From Tubiluchus corallicola (taxonomy: Eukaryota; Animalia; Priapulida), in assembly GCA_030141605.1 (NCBI GenBank), contig JAQGDQ010001078.1, positions 791-64,790 on the forward strand: a stretch of 64,000 nucleotides of DNA, in the 5' to 3' direction. The notes under the pieces are model-generated. The model saw nothing but the letters and a program-made list of their open reading frames with translations, did not search any database and had not been told where the DNA came from. The translations under genes and the position numbers were made by a program. Shown in pieces: positions 1 to 12,840 of the stretch (position 1 is its first letter; each line of letters starts with the position of its first letter).

Positions 1-309
1 TCTTGCAACAATGAACAAGTATTAAAGCATTTCCCAATGACAACAAATGATTTGGGATTGTCTTTCTTTTAGTAGTAAGTTAATCATATAATTATAAGTA
101 GTAATTGTGAATAAGTATAAAATCTACGAAAAACAAGCGACAATAATTAGACGAGCGCCATCTAGGCATTACAAAATGAAGTTTTCGTGTTAAAACTTTA
201 CCAGAAGTTCCATCATTAGTCCAGCTTTAACAAAAACGATCTTTTTTTTATGTTTGTGAAAACATGTACAATGCATCCAAGAGAAATTGTGCAAACCAGT
301 ATAAGCCCC

Positions 310-543
310 TACAGCCTGTCTAACTAGGTACAGCACCTGTTTTTTGTGCAATCCGTTAACTAGAGAATTGCGAAATGCATGTAACAGCGAAGAACTAGTG
401 ACGCGAACGTGAAATTGTATTTGTGTGATAATATTTCTTTCACGTAAGTCATTTTTGAAAAAAATAGTAGACTCCCTTTCAATATTTTAAAGAGTAGATT
501 GTTCTGACCCACATTTTAAGATTGTGTCAGGTTTTGGTTTAAC
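310..543. mobile_element. Fragment of interspersed DNA-transposon family B
   Basis: Shares gcgaagaactagtgacgcg...caatattttaaagagtagattg with 18650-18880 plus 19554-19601, and is inverted relative to 17820-18080; related sequence at 54230-54540. Confidence 0.55.
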
Positions 544-547
544 TTAA

Positions 548-971
548 AGGAAAACTGGACGATTGTTTAGACTAAATCTCACTTTAATTTACTGTTCAAA
601 ATATACATTTTCTTGCCTATAAAAGTTTACAATTGTTTTTTTTTATTTGAATAATTAGCTTAGAAAGTTAATTAATGGCAACCAAACACAGCTATTGCCT
701 ACGTCAGAAACTAGCCACAGTTTGTGCAATGGCATCTTCCCTTGTGCATCAAGCACGTTTGTCGGCCACGCGAATGTGACCAAAAGGCACCGCTGCCAAT
801 CTTAGTAGATTCACTGAGCCGTGCATAACTTTGTAAGTTTAATAAAATTTGACTATCCGAGGTAATTATTATTTAATCTAAGCTTTGGTTTAAAATAAAC
901 TGTTGTAGTTTTCAATATATTAGAGCATTCTTTATTCTGAACTAAAATTTACACAATCATCCGGTTTTCCT
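548..971. mobile_element. Non-autonomous Kolobok-like DNA transposon (MITE), family A
   Basis: TTAA on both flanks; termini AGGAAAACTGGA ... TCCGGTTTTCCT form inverted repeats; related inverted copy at 42877-43212. TTAA TSD with RR..YY ends is the Kolobok pattern. Confidence 0.7.
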
Positions 972-1939
972 TTAAACATCCGAAAATTCTTGGCAATTTG
1001 ATATAATTACCACTGGAGAAGTATAAGCTGTATACATCGGTATGTCCTCACAGTAAGCGATATGAGCGCAGCTTAATCTGCTAGGCACAGCTGATGCCAC
1101 GTTATCCTAAGACACCACAAGCACTAAGGAAGCAACGCTTTTATATACTGAGAGGGCAAAGCTCTGCATTATTTCTTCTTAGCTTTTTGGATGCCGCTTT
1201 GTTTACTTTGTGCAAGCGGCTTGGAAAATAGAATAAAAGCTTATTTGTTTATTTAATATTTATTTAGTAATTATTTAGTAAGTCTATAGTTTTATTTAAT
1301 ATTTTAATTGTTTTACCTAACTTCAGGTTAAGGAATTTGATTGGAGGTAATGGACTACGTTCAAGTGTGCTGTATAAAATCATCCAATGAATCACACGTC
1401 CAGTGACACGATTCTGCTCACCTCCCTATGCCAGGACTCCCTACACGCTGCAATGCCCCAAGTGCATTTATTTCTAAGGATCAATGCTGAAGTGTTTAAA
1501 TCTTTCTGTGCAAAATCTAAATATGTTAACATTTGTCCTCCTGCAGGTTTTTTTAACTAGTTCTATGGCTTGTTGAAGAGCTATCTTCACTGTTCTTAAA
1601 CAGTTTGTTGCAATGGGTGGACGTATTTTTTCAGTTCCGCAATTTAAGTGAAATTTAAACGTGTAAAAGTTCGCGAACTTGACGAAACAAATAGCAGCGT
1701 GTTCGGTAATGTGTGCTGCATGCAGTGGTAGTGATGAGATTTTATCATGATAACTATAAACGTATGATAACTATATAGTTTCTTTGTGATTACCTATCTG
1801 CTAACTGGAAAACTTGTAAGACAACGACGCTAGAGTAATTACTAATCACTCTAATGTGCAAAACTTGAAGCTTTTGTAGCAGTGCAGGTTACTACGACTG
1901 CTGTGTGAGCTTGCATTGTGACTTAACAAGCTTGCAAAT

Positions 1940-2455
1940 ATGTCAGCTAGGAAATCTTGTCAATCATGCAAGAAAAGTCAAAATCCTGTCAGCCTGCGGG
2001 AAAATGGTGATATAGTATGCGACCGTTGTGCAAGCCAGAAAGAAAACTTCAGTATTACCTCTGCAATGTGGAGGAATTTAAATAAATGTATTGACGCATT
2101 AAGTAAAGAAATAAAATCGAAGAGGGCTGAACTAAAGGAACTAAAAGGTAATAATACTGATCTGTCAACTAATATTACAGAATTAAAAACTGAGATTATA
2201 CAACTTAAGGATCAAACACTAAACATGCAACCAGACGAAGTCATTGATAAACTGAATGATATAATAAATGCTCTGGACAAGAAAATGAACAATCCCAAGC
2301 CAACATACAGTGCAATGGTAGGCACCCAAAGTTCTACAGATCTACAAGCAGATCATCAATATACATACAAAATAATAGTGGTGAAAGCACAGCCCCCTGT
2401 GGTAACCATTTGTAACAGTAAAAGTGGAAGAGGATTTACCACCTCAATTCACTAG
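1940..2455 (+). mobile_element. Truncated CR1/L2-type LINE ORF1-like fragment (Cys-finger + coiled coil)
   Basis: N-terminal CxxC...CxxC, heptad-like coiled coil, then PTYSAMV (the 'YA/YS' motif typical after the ORF1 coiled coil); no ORF2 follows. Confidence 0.5.
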
Positions 2456-5321
2456 TAACAACAATCTAGTAGGCTATAGTGGAACATTACTTACGTTTGA
2501 TAAATATTACTCCATTAAATTATTAGCGTTGATTATTAGGTATATTACGTGGAAATCTCATTACGTTGTTATGACATCGCAGGCCAGGAAAAACGTTTTC
2601 TGTTTAACTGTTATAATAATTAGTTTGAAAGCAACAATGTCCGATGTAAAAGAATTGCCATATTTGTCAGCAAGCAGGACAAACCTCAGTGCACGGTGAA
2701 TTAATTGATTAATTATCATGGACATTAGGTAAATGCAAGTGTAACTGACTGTACTAGTGAAAGTAAATTTGAATCAGAATTCAAACGCAGTAGTAGTGGC
2801 ATTTATCGCACATCAAGCATATTCGTTAAACATGTGACAGTCGTTAAACTGTATACTGTAGTGTGATGGGCGTTCAATTAGATAAAGTTTTGCAGATAAA
2901 GAAATTCTAAGTTGACGCAGTTAACGCAGACACAAAACTAGCAGATTGTTGACAATGAATGATCAACTGACACGATCACTAATTGATAATGAATAAAATG
3001 GTCAAATCAAAGTTTAATTTGTGTAATGTTGTTCCGAGGTTCATCAAGCAGAGTTATTTCACTCCGATGTGTGGTCACCTCGATAACATAGCGATGTCGT
3101 TATTGTTGTGTCTAGTTTTTTTCTTACGTGAAAAGGTTTGAAACATCATTCTTGAAGTTTTACATTTTTTATTGCTAATTTAAAATATTTCCCCTAGTTA
3201 GAAAGAATGGTACGCTGAAGTACCTGCGATACTGTTACCAGTGGACATGGCCAACTTGCTTTTCTAACGATTATAACAAATACAGCAACATCAAACGTGT
3301 TTAAAGTAAGTGAAATGTTTTCAGCCACGTATTTCTTATTTATAGTTATTTACAATGCTACTAAAGGATTAACGTTACAAGCAACAAGGTTTCATCGTGA
3401 AGTGATAGGTTCTTTCAGGGCAGCAAGCGGTTAGTCTAAGAATAAACTTTCATATCCAAATTAGTAGAAATATTGACTAACTAACATTTGAGTTTAAAAA
3501 AGCAGCATCCATGTTTCGAACACTTTAGCTGTTTAAGGAGACTGGTTGCATCAATAACTCAGGCTGCGGGCAAAACTCTGCAGGATGGTATGTCATGTGA
3601 AAACCTTTAAAGACGATACATGTTCTTTCTCAGCTTAGCACCTGTATAACCCTTCGCATCGGTTACGGATGTGGAGACAGAGAGTGCCTCTAAGCCTACT
3701 ATATTGTAAAGATGACTCTTGCCTAATAATATGAATTTTTTTACGTCAAGTATCAACCAATTTTTTACAAAAACATGTAAGCCTGTGCGAACAAGCAAGA
3801 TTAAAAAAATATTATTTATAAAAAAACTTTATTGTAATCCATATTGATTGGGAAGGACGTTAGTTTTTTTTTACAATACAGCAAGTCTTATGAGAATTCT
3901 CTGCCTTCACATCCTTACCCATTTACTGATGAAATATTATTATCATTTTATTTACTCCAATAGATTGAAAATATGACACATCAGCTCAGAGCAGTTTGAA
4001 TGTCTGTGTTTCATTTAGTGAAAATATTACAAAATTTTGAGTACTCGGTTGTTAATAAAGTTTATCTCAATGTTGCTGGTTCATCAGAACTGCATATTTC
4101 TGTTACTCAAACACTGCTGGCCAAACGCATAGTTTAAATTGCTGATAAGGTCTACATTTATGTATATAGATATATATATTAACAAAAAGACTAGAGCAAA
4201 ACACACACACAGCAAGTATATTTCAGCATAAATTTCATTTAGATATACGGTATCTTCATCAGAACAAAGGAATTGACTAAGGAAAATATTATTTATATAA
4301 TTGTATATATATATATATATATATATTCTTGTGGTTCCTACTATGAACAATTAAATAACTATATAAAACAGTGAAATCTCTTCTACCACAAATATCTGTC
4401 AAATTTTTAGTATGTGTCCATAAGAATTTAAGGGTAAATTTAAATTATAAAATATAATCACTCCATAATGATACAAACTTGTATTCTTTATTTTGTAAAT
4501 CAGAGATGTGAAGATTAAATAATATGGAGAAAAATTACATTTCTATTTCACAAATCTTTCTTCGTCGAACTTCTGTTACTACTTCCGCATTAAGGGAAAC
4601 ATCGCGATTTAATAAATCAAACAAAATCTTGTTAAAAAAAAACTCTCCTGCGGCAACGATAATTTTTGTGCTAGAGCGAAACTGAAAAGAGACCATAATT
4701 CGTTTAATATTTGTTTAATTCTATATTAACTGTTGCAGCAACAGTTTGTAATTCCATTACAGAATTTCAGTCGACAGGAAACTAGTGATTATGTTACATG
4801 AATTATTTAGTCTACGTTGTCGTAAATTGGATATGAACATGCCCATCTAAGCTTTAATTAGTTTAGCAGAAGATACGATGTAATTTCCTAATAGTGTACA
4901 GCAGTCCAAGCTTGTTGCAGTCAAGACTTTGATAAAAATTGAAGTAGAAAAAACAAGATTTCTGGCAGAAATGCAAGGAGTGCAACTAGTTCAAGATCTT
5001 GTACTTCGTTACAAGTTGTTAGTCAGAGATTAACAGTCAAACACAAAATTGATAAAGTGTGACTGTTATGTAACGCAGGTTGATTGACCCTCAGTCATTA
5101 GTCCAGCTCATTTCTGAGAAATTTTACCAAACCGAAACAGCCAAATAACCTTGTACAAGAAAGACGTTAACCATTTAGCTGGAACAGCAGTTCTGCAAAG
5201 CTAAATTTAGCTTTGATATGATATGATAAATTCATTTTTTGTGACCTTTTTGCTACAATACACAGTGTATTAGCTAAGTTTCTTTACTTTCAGACTAGCA
5301 TTCAGACTAACGATTTTTCTC

Positions 5322-5523
5322 TAGTGAGTTTTCGCTCTGAGTGTAAACTCCTAAGTGTCAACGGCTTTGCGAATTCCGTCGGCAAGACAGGTTTTCGCAA
5401 ACTCTCCGAGAGTTGTTGCGAGTTCTCTCCGACAGAAGGCGCGAGTTCACACTCAGTAAAACTCGCGACAGTTCTCGCAAAGCTGTTCACACTTGTGAGT
5501 TTACTCTCAGAGGAGAACTCGCC
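5322..5523. repeat. Fold-back inverted repeat (probable MITE)
   Basis: gtgagttttcgctctgagtgtaaactcctaagtgtcaacggctttgcga pairs with the reverse complement of tcgcaaagctgttcacacttgtgagtttactctcagaggagaactcgc (about 50-bp arms). Confidence 0.6.
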
Positions 5524-6614
5524 AGCCCGAAGGCGCCGTTATATATCAAAACAAGTTTTAAGCATTTGTTCTTTGTTTAAATTTTCTCTTAATTGATGAC
5601 CTTGTCCTTAAATAATTGAATTGCTGCGTCTAAAGCTGACATCCCTAAGCAACAAACGAACTCGTCAGATTTCAAACAGATGATCTCATCACGATTCTCA
5701 ATCTGAAGAGAAAGTAGAATCTCACAATGTATTGCGCGCGACTCAGTAGTGATAACACAATTTGTCTGGCCGTGAGTTGCATTCACAAAAATCGTATGAT
5801 TGTGGAAGAAGTTCTTTAGAAAGGGCTTCTAACTAGAGGAAAAGAAACAGTTCTATTACGTCTGGTTGGAGAAATAGTTGTAAAGTTATTAAGATTGAAT
5901 TAGGGTACAGCTTCATCACAAGGAGCTGTGTGGTCTAGTGGTCGCCAGGATTGCAATCTAAAGTCCCCGGTTCTAATCCAAGCTTTGTTCATATAGTTTG
6001 TTTCAAAAATTATTAATTGCGATCATTTTCACACAGAAAGTACACAATAAATCATACATAGTGTACCCAAGGTAGTGTCAGGTGTACCCAATTTTTCAAA
6101 AACAAGGTTTTTTTATTATGTGCAGAAGCAGTTGAAAGTACCGATGAAAAAACATGGTTTTTGATTACTGACATATAAGTACATATGTGCAAAAAATGAA
6201 GACTAAAACAGGTAATATATTAACTTGTGTGTTTTACAAATTGCAGGGTCTGCCTAGCCAAAAAAGTGCGTCCCATAACAGGTGGTTGTTCTTTAAACCT
6301 AACATAAAATTTTAATTACTGCAATCGTGCTGTAACCACACAAACCAGCGCAACAAATTCGTAATGCCATTTGCAATTAATTTTGAAGTTTCACTCACAT
6401 CTAAAGTGAATTAGACTTGTGCTGCATTGGGATTTTCGGTAATTCCAATATTTTTTGAAGAATGCTCATTTAATAACGAAAAGGAAATGTTTGAAGTGAA
6501 GGTCTTGCTAACTATTCATTTAATCCACATGGGATTGTTCACTGTAACTTTCTGTGAAAACCAGTAATGGAAATTTGTCTGTCTCGTGCCGCCATGCACG
6601 CGATTGCGCAGGCG

Positions 6615-7290
6615 CGAAAATAAAAGAGGAGTAACGAAAGTGAAGGAGAAGTAGAAAAAGTAAAAGAGAAATAAGAAAGTAAAAGACAATTAAAGAAAGC
6701 AAAGGAGAAGAAAAGAAGCAAAGAGGAAGTAAAGAAAGTAAAAGAGAGATAAGAAAGTAAAGGAGAAGTAAAGGAGAAATTGAGAAAGTAAAAGAGAAGA
6801 AAAGAAAGCAAAAGAGAAGAAAAGAAAGTAAAAGAGAAGTAAAGAAAGTAAAGAGCAATAAACAAAGGGAAGAAGTAGAGAAAGTAAAACAGAATTAAGG
6901 AAAATAAAACACATGTAAAGAAAATAAAAGTAAAGAAAGTAAAAGAGAAGCAAAGAAAGTAAAAGAAAAGTAAAAAAGTAAAGGAGCAGTAAAGAAAGTA
7001 AAATTAGTAACGAAAGTAAGAGTGGCAAAGAAAGCAAAGGAGAAGTAAAGAAAGAAAAAGAGAAGTACAGAAAGTAAAAGAAAAGTAAAAAAGTAAAGAA
7101 AAATTAAAGAAAGTAAAAGGAAAGCAAAGAAAAGAAAAGTTAATAAAGCAAAGGAGAAGTAAAGAAAGTAAAAGAGAAGTAAAGAAATTAAAAGAGAAGT
7201 AAAGAAAGTAAAGAAGTAAAGAAAGTAAAGAAGTAAAGAAAGTAAAGAAGTAAAGAAAGTTCAGGAGAAGTAAAGAAAGCAAGGAGCATG
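6615..7290. repeat. Purine-rich low-complexity repeat (AAAGT/AAAGA/GAGAAG)
   Basis: Degenerate A/G tract; explains the L/F/S-rich minus-strand ORFs. Confidence 0.9.
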
Positions 7291-7639
7291 TAAAGTAATT
7301 CTTGCATTTTGTATTTTATAACACAGCCCATAATAAAGCACAGAACTAAACAACATCAAATAGGAAGTATATACTGTTAAATGTACTTTCTTAACTATGA
7401 TAACTAAAGTACTATGTTAACTAACTATGTTTAAATTAGAAAATGATTTGGACAACATAGACGTATGAATCAATAGTCATCGTGAACTCGTGAATGTTTT
7501 CCATAGCCTATAGAGCTTGCGAGAACTCAGTATATTTGTACAGCTAAAGATGCGTTTAAGTAAGTCGACAACAGATGGCAGCACGTGTTCGGAACAAGGA
7601 CAATTTGTCGTAGGGAATTCTACCGTTAAAATACGACGT

Positions 7640-7860
7640 ATATATTAATTTCGCTGGTATGGACTTAAAATAAGCAAGTTTCGAGGCTACAGTACCGACG
7701 ACGGCACCATTTGCGGCGACCTGTATTTCAAACGAAAGGTCTCGATCTAGTGTGGTCCCATTGGGTGTTAAGTTTTCGAATCGGGCCCACCAGGAGGAAC
7801 GGGAGGTGAAAGACCTCCAAAAATGCCCATTTTCGGCCGTTTTTTGCAAAAAATTGCAAG
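7640..7860 (+). mobile_element. Partial copy of the Helitron-like family at 26.8-28.0 kb
   Basis: cgaggctacag...aaacgaaaggtctcgatctagtg...ttttcgaatcgggcccacc is the reverse complement of about 27800-27970. Confidence 0.65.
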
Positions 7861-8489
7861 ACTTATACCTCTTATTTCTAGAGAATGTGAATAACGAATA
7901 ACAGCCAGTTTATTGGTGTTTCCGCCTCACGGCTCGAACACCTAACCCTTTGGTGTGTCAGTGCCCTTTAATCACTTTCTGTCGCCACAGTAATTAAGTC
8001 TTGACTTCGATTGTTAATATATGTTCGTCGGAAGCCATATTCGACGACTTCACTGGCTTAGCACGTTCAACACAGTGTGTTGAACCTGGTTTCAATTTCT
8101 AGAACAGGTAAAACTGGGTGATCTTGTCCTTTAACACGACGGTTCATTGGCCAGATAGCCTGTTCAGTTGAGCGTATGACCAATCATTTACTTTCTTGTA
8201 AAGGAGATCTAGGACAGGTATGAGGTGGGACCCTTCCCAGAGCTAACTAGGTGCATGCTCATATATGTACAGTCACAACTTGCTTTATTGCAGTAGGTAA
8301 ATTCGCTTAATGAGTAATTAACTAATGACTCATTTAATTAACATAAGTAATTAGCTAACTTAAGCTATTAATGCAGCCTAAGTATGGGACATACACAAAA
8401 TCATACTAGAATACAGTTCTACTATATTAGAAAGGGTTGCAATGCTGCTCGGTAGTTCTTATATTCCAGACTGACGTCACGGACGTCAC

Positions 8490-11426
8490 AGAGTGCTTAA
8501 CTAAGCGCAGAAAGGACCTGCTCCACAAATCCAGTAGTCGAGTATTCATTATTGAGTGCTTAACTAAACGCAGAAAGGACCTGCTCCACAAGTCCAGTAG
8601 TCGAGTACTCATTATTGAGTGTTTAACTAAACGCAGAAAGGACCTGCTCCACAAATCCAGTAGTCGAGTATTCATTATTGAGTGCTTAACTAAGCACAGA
8701 AAGGAATTGCTCCACAAGTCCAGTAGTCGAGTATTCATTATTGAGTGCTTAACTAAACGCAGAAAGGACCTGCTCCACAAGTCCAGTAGTCGAGTATTCA
8801 TTATTGACTATTGAGTCCTTAACTAAACGCTGAAAGGAATTGCTCCACAACTCCAGTAGTCGAGTATTCATTATTGAGTGCTTAACTAAACGCTGAAAGG
8901 AATTGCTCCACAACTCCAGTAGTCGAGTATTCATTAGAGTGCTTAACTAAACGCTGAAAGGAATTGCTCCACAACTCCAGTAGTCGAGTATTCATCATTG
9001 AGTGCTTAACTAAACGCTGAAAGGAATTGCTCCACAACTCCAGTAGTCGAGTATTCATTATTGAGTGCTTAACTAAACGCTGAAAGGAATTGCTCCACAA
9101 CTCCAGTAGTCGAGTATTCATTATTGAGTGCTTAACTAAACGCTGAAAGGAATTGCTCCACAAATCCAGTAGTCGAGTATTCATTATTGAGTCCTTAACT
9201 AAACGCTGAAAAGAATTGCTCCACAACTCCAGTAGTCGAGTATTCATTATTGAGTGCTTAACTAAACGCTGAAAGGAATTGCTCCACAACTCCAGTAGTC
9301 GAGTATTCATTATTGAGTGCTTAACTAAACGCTGAAAGGAACTGCTCCACAAATCCAGTAGTCGAGTATTCATTATTGAGTGCTTAACTAAACGCTGAAA
9401 GGAATTGCTCCACAACTCCAGTAGTCGAGTATTCATTATTGAGTGCTTAACTAAACGCTGAAAGGAATTGCTCCACAACTCCAGTAGTCGAGTATTCATT
9501 ATTGAGTGCTTAACTAAACGCTGAAAAGAACTGCTCCACAAATCCAGTAGTCGAGTATTCATTAGAGTGCTTAACTAAACGCTGAAAGGAATTGCTCCAC
9601 AACTCCAGTAGTCGAGTATTCATCATTGAGTGCTTAACTAAACGCTGAAAGGAATTGCTCCACAAATCCAGTAGTCGAGTATTCATTATTGAGTGCTTAA
9701 CTAAACGCTGAAAGGACCTGCTCCACAAATCCAGTAGTCGAGTACTCATTATTGAGTGCTTAACTAAACGCTGAAAGGAATTGCTCCACAAGTCCAGTAG
9801 TCGAGTATTCATTATTGAGTGCTTAACTAAACGCTGAAATGAATTGCTCCACAACTCCAGTAGTCGAGTATTCATTATTGAGTGCTTAAATAAACGCTGA
9901 AAGGAATTGCTCCACAAATCCAGTAGTCGAGTATTCATTATTGAGTGCTTAACTAAACCCTGAGAGGAATTGCTCCACAAGTCCAGTAGTCGAGTATTCA
10001 TTATTGAGTGCTTAACTAAGCACAGAAAGGACCTGCTCCACAACTCCAGTAGTCGAGTATTCATTATTGAGTCCTTAACTAAACGCTGAAATGAATTGCT
10101 CCACAACTCCAGTAGTCGAGTATTCATTATTGAGTGCTTAAATAAACGCTGAAAGGAATTGCTCCACAAATCCAGTAGTCGAGTATTCATTATTGAGTGC
10201 TTAACTAAACCCTGAGAGGAATTGCTCCACAAGTCCAGTAGTCGAGTATTCATTACTGAGTGCTTAAATAAACGCTGAAAGGAATTGCTCCACAAATCCA
10301 GTAGTCGAGTATTCATTATTGAGTGCTTAACTAAACGCCGAAAGGAATTGCTCCACAAGTCCAGTAGTCGAGTATTCATTACTGAGTGCTTAAATAAACG
10401 CTGAAAGGAATTGCTCCACAAATCCAGTAGTCGAGTATTCATTATTGAGTGCTTAATTAAACGCTGAAAGGAATTGCTCCACAAATCCAGTAGTCGAGTA
10501 TTCATTATTGAGTGCTTAACTAAACGCCGAAAGGAATTGCTCCACAAGTCCAGTAGTCGAGTATTCATTACTGAGTGCTTAACTAAACGCTGAAAAGAAC
10601 TGCTCCACAAATCCAGTAGTCGAGTATTCATTATTGAGTGCTTAACTAAACGCTGAAAGGAATTGCTCCACAACTACAGTAGTCGAGTATTCATTATTGA
10701 GTGCTTAACTAAACGCTGAAAGGAACTGCTCCACAAATCCAGTAGTCGAGTATTCATTATTGAGTGCTTAACTAAGCGCAGAAAGGCCCTGCTCCACAAG
10801 TTCAGTAGTCGAGTATTCATTATTGAGTGCTTAACTAAGCGCAGAAAGGACCTGCTCCACAAGTTCAGTAGTCGAGGATTCATCATTGAGTGCTTAACTA
10901 AACCCTGAAAGGACCTGCTCCACAAATCCAGTAGTCGAGTATTCATTATTGAGTGCTTAACTAAACGCTGAAAGGAATTGCTCCACAAATCCAGTAGTCG
11001 AGTATTCATTATTGAGTGCTTAACTAAACGCTGAAAGGACCTGCTCCACAAATCCAGTAGTCGAGTATTCATCATTGAGTGCTTAACTAAACGCTGAAAG
11101 GAAGTGCTCCACAAATCCAGTTGTCGAGTATTCATTAGAGTGCTTAACTAAACGCTGAAAGGAACTGCTCCACAAGTCCAGTAGTCGAGTATTCATTATT
11201 GAGTGTTTAACTAAACGCTGAAAGAACCTGCTCCACAAGTTCAGTAGCCGAGTATTCATTATTGAGTGCTTAACTAAACGCTGAAAGGACCTGCTCCACA
11301 AGTCCAGTAGTCGAGTATTCATTATTGAGTGCTTAACTAAACGCTGAAAGGACCTGCTCCACAAGTCCAGTAGTCGAGTATTCATTATTGAGTGCTTAAC
11401 TAAGCGCAGAAAGGACCTGCTCCACA
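8490..11426. repeat. 63-bp satellite array, about 46 copies
   Basis: Consensus ttgagtgcttaactaaacgctgaaaggaattgctccacaaatccagtagtcgagtattcatta repeated head-to-tail with no unique spacers. Confidence 0.97.
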
Positions 11427-12562
11427 ATTGCTTTGAAATTAAAAAGCAGCTCAGCTATAAGTTCGTTTGGAACCAGGGCGAGTGAAAGCCTTTGAAATAA
11501 AATCTGAGGACGACCTAAATTAACTTTGTCAGCTATGTTAAGCTGATGTACTTCGCTTTTTTATCTGAACACTATAATTTGCTTATGCTCAGGTATACAT
11601 TCACTCTGGTAAATGTTATCATGATACAGTATATTACTTTGTTTTCTCAAGTTGTAGTCTTCATGCTTAGCGTAGGTCACTAATCTATTAAGCACCTCTG
11701 AATTTACTTGAACCTGTTTATCTGTGTTTATATATTTTTCACCCGTATTAATTTACATCACCTAAAGTTGTGGGTTGCTAAAGGTATAGGGTTGCTATCA
11801 TTTGTTAATGGCTACTATCGTTTATTTATAGTGTTAGGCTTTGCATGTTCAATTCACTGTATATATGTACGTTATTCCACTCTGCTTACCTTAGCTATAT
11901 ACATGTTGAAATGTGGAATAATTAGTTATTGACGTTTCTTGCTACGTGACTCTCAGCAGTTCGTAATTTAGGTTTTCATATTAAGTACGCTTCCTTCTCA
12001 CTGTATGGCGCCACCTTGCTCAGACCTTATTAGGGTTCAATTTATTCGCTATGTTTCTTTTGCTTAAGTGACGCCAGTTTCGCGCTGTTATAGCTGCTTA
12101 ATGTCATCAGGTCGACTAATATACGGCTCACATTCATTTGCGCAAACATTTTTTTATTATATAATTTTAATCATTCATTCAGTGTATAATAAGCTTACAC
12201 AATTCTTTCATACCGTAGACGTAAAGTGTAAGCTTACGTATATTTGAGGTCTTTGTTTGTGTCCAACCTGGCTAGTCATATCAACGTTGAACATACTGTG
12301 TTGACTCAAATTCTTACATGATAACTACAGCAATTCTTTCCTCTTTTCAACCCATTTCTCCTGATTGGACAGCCCCAATTATGATTTACATGCTTGCTTT
12401 TTTAATTTGGTATTTTGTATTTTCACCATATTTATGTATTAGTTTGTTATGACAAATTGAACAAAACAAAACTAAATTAAACTCACACATAATTTATTTA
12501 AATGAAAAACAATAATGGTAGGTTTTATGAAAACAAAAACATCACTCTATACCTATAGGCTT

Positions 12563-12840
12563 TTACAGAAAGTATCTTAACAATATTGTTTGCTTACGAC
12601 GAATGCGTTGAATTTTAGATTTCATCGCATTCAGTCTATGTATTACATATTTCATGAAATCAGTCAATAATTCAACTTGTGATTCAGTGAGTGGTGTAGC
12701 TAAGCACATTTCCGGATCAGACCCAAAGTTGGGGCAACTGCTTGGATTCACGATGTTCACAGATCCAACTGCTGTGAATTCTTCTCTTCTCCAACTTAAT
12801 AAGTCGCCATTGATGTTGTAGCAAGTTTCATACATTGACT
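12563..12840 (-). CDS. Pentraxin gene exon 8 (terminal)
   Basis: tttcag acceptor; SMYETCYNINGDLLSW...YFL-stop. Confidence 0.88.

Noticed and set aside
6520-7282. Multi-pass membrane protein ORFs
   Set aside because: Translation of a purine-rich simple repeat; the same applies to ORFs at 24.8-25.7, 29.4-29.8, 32.1-33.7, 40.9-41.2, 42.3-42.8 and 58.1-58.8 kb.
8490-11426. CRISPR array or repeat-protein gene (MNTRLLDLWSNSFQRLVKHSI)n
   Set aside because: No unique spacers, no cas genes and a eukaryotic context; frames are broken by recurrent indels and stops. It is a satellite.
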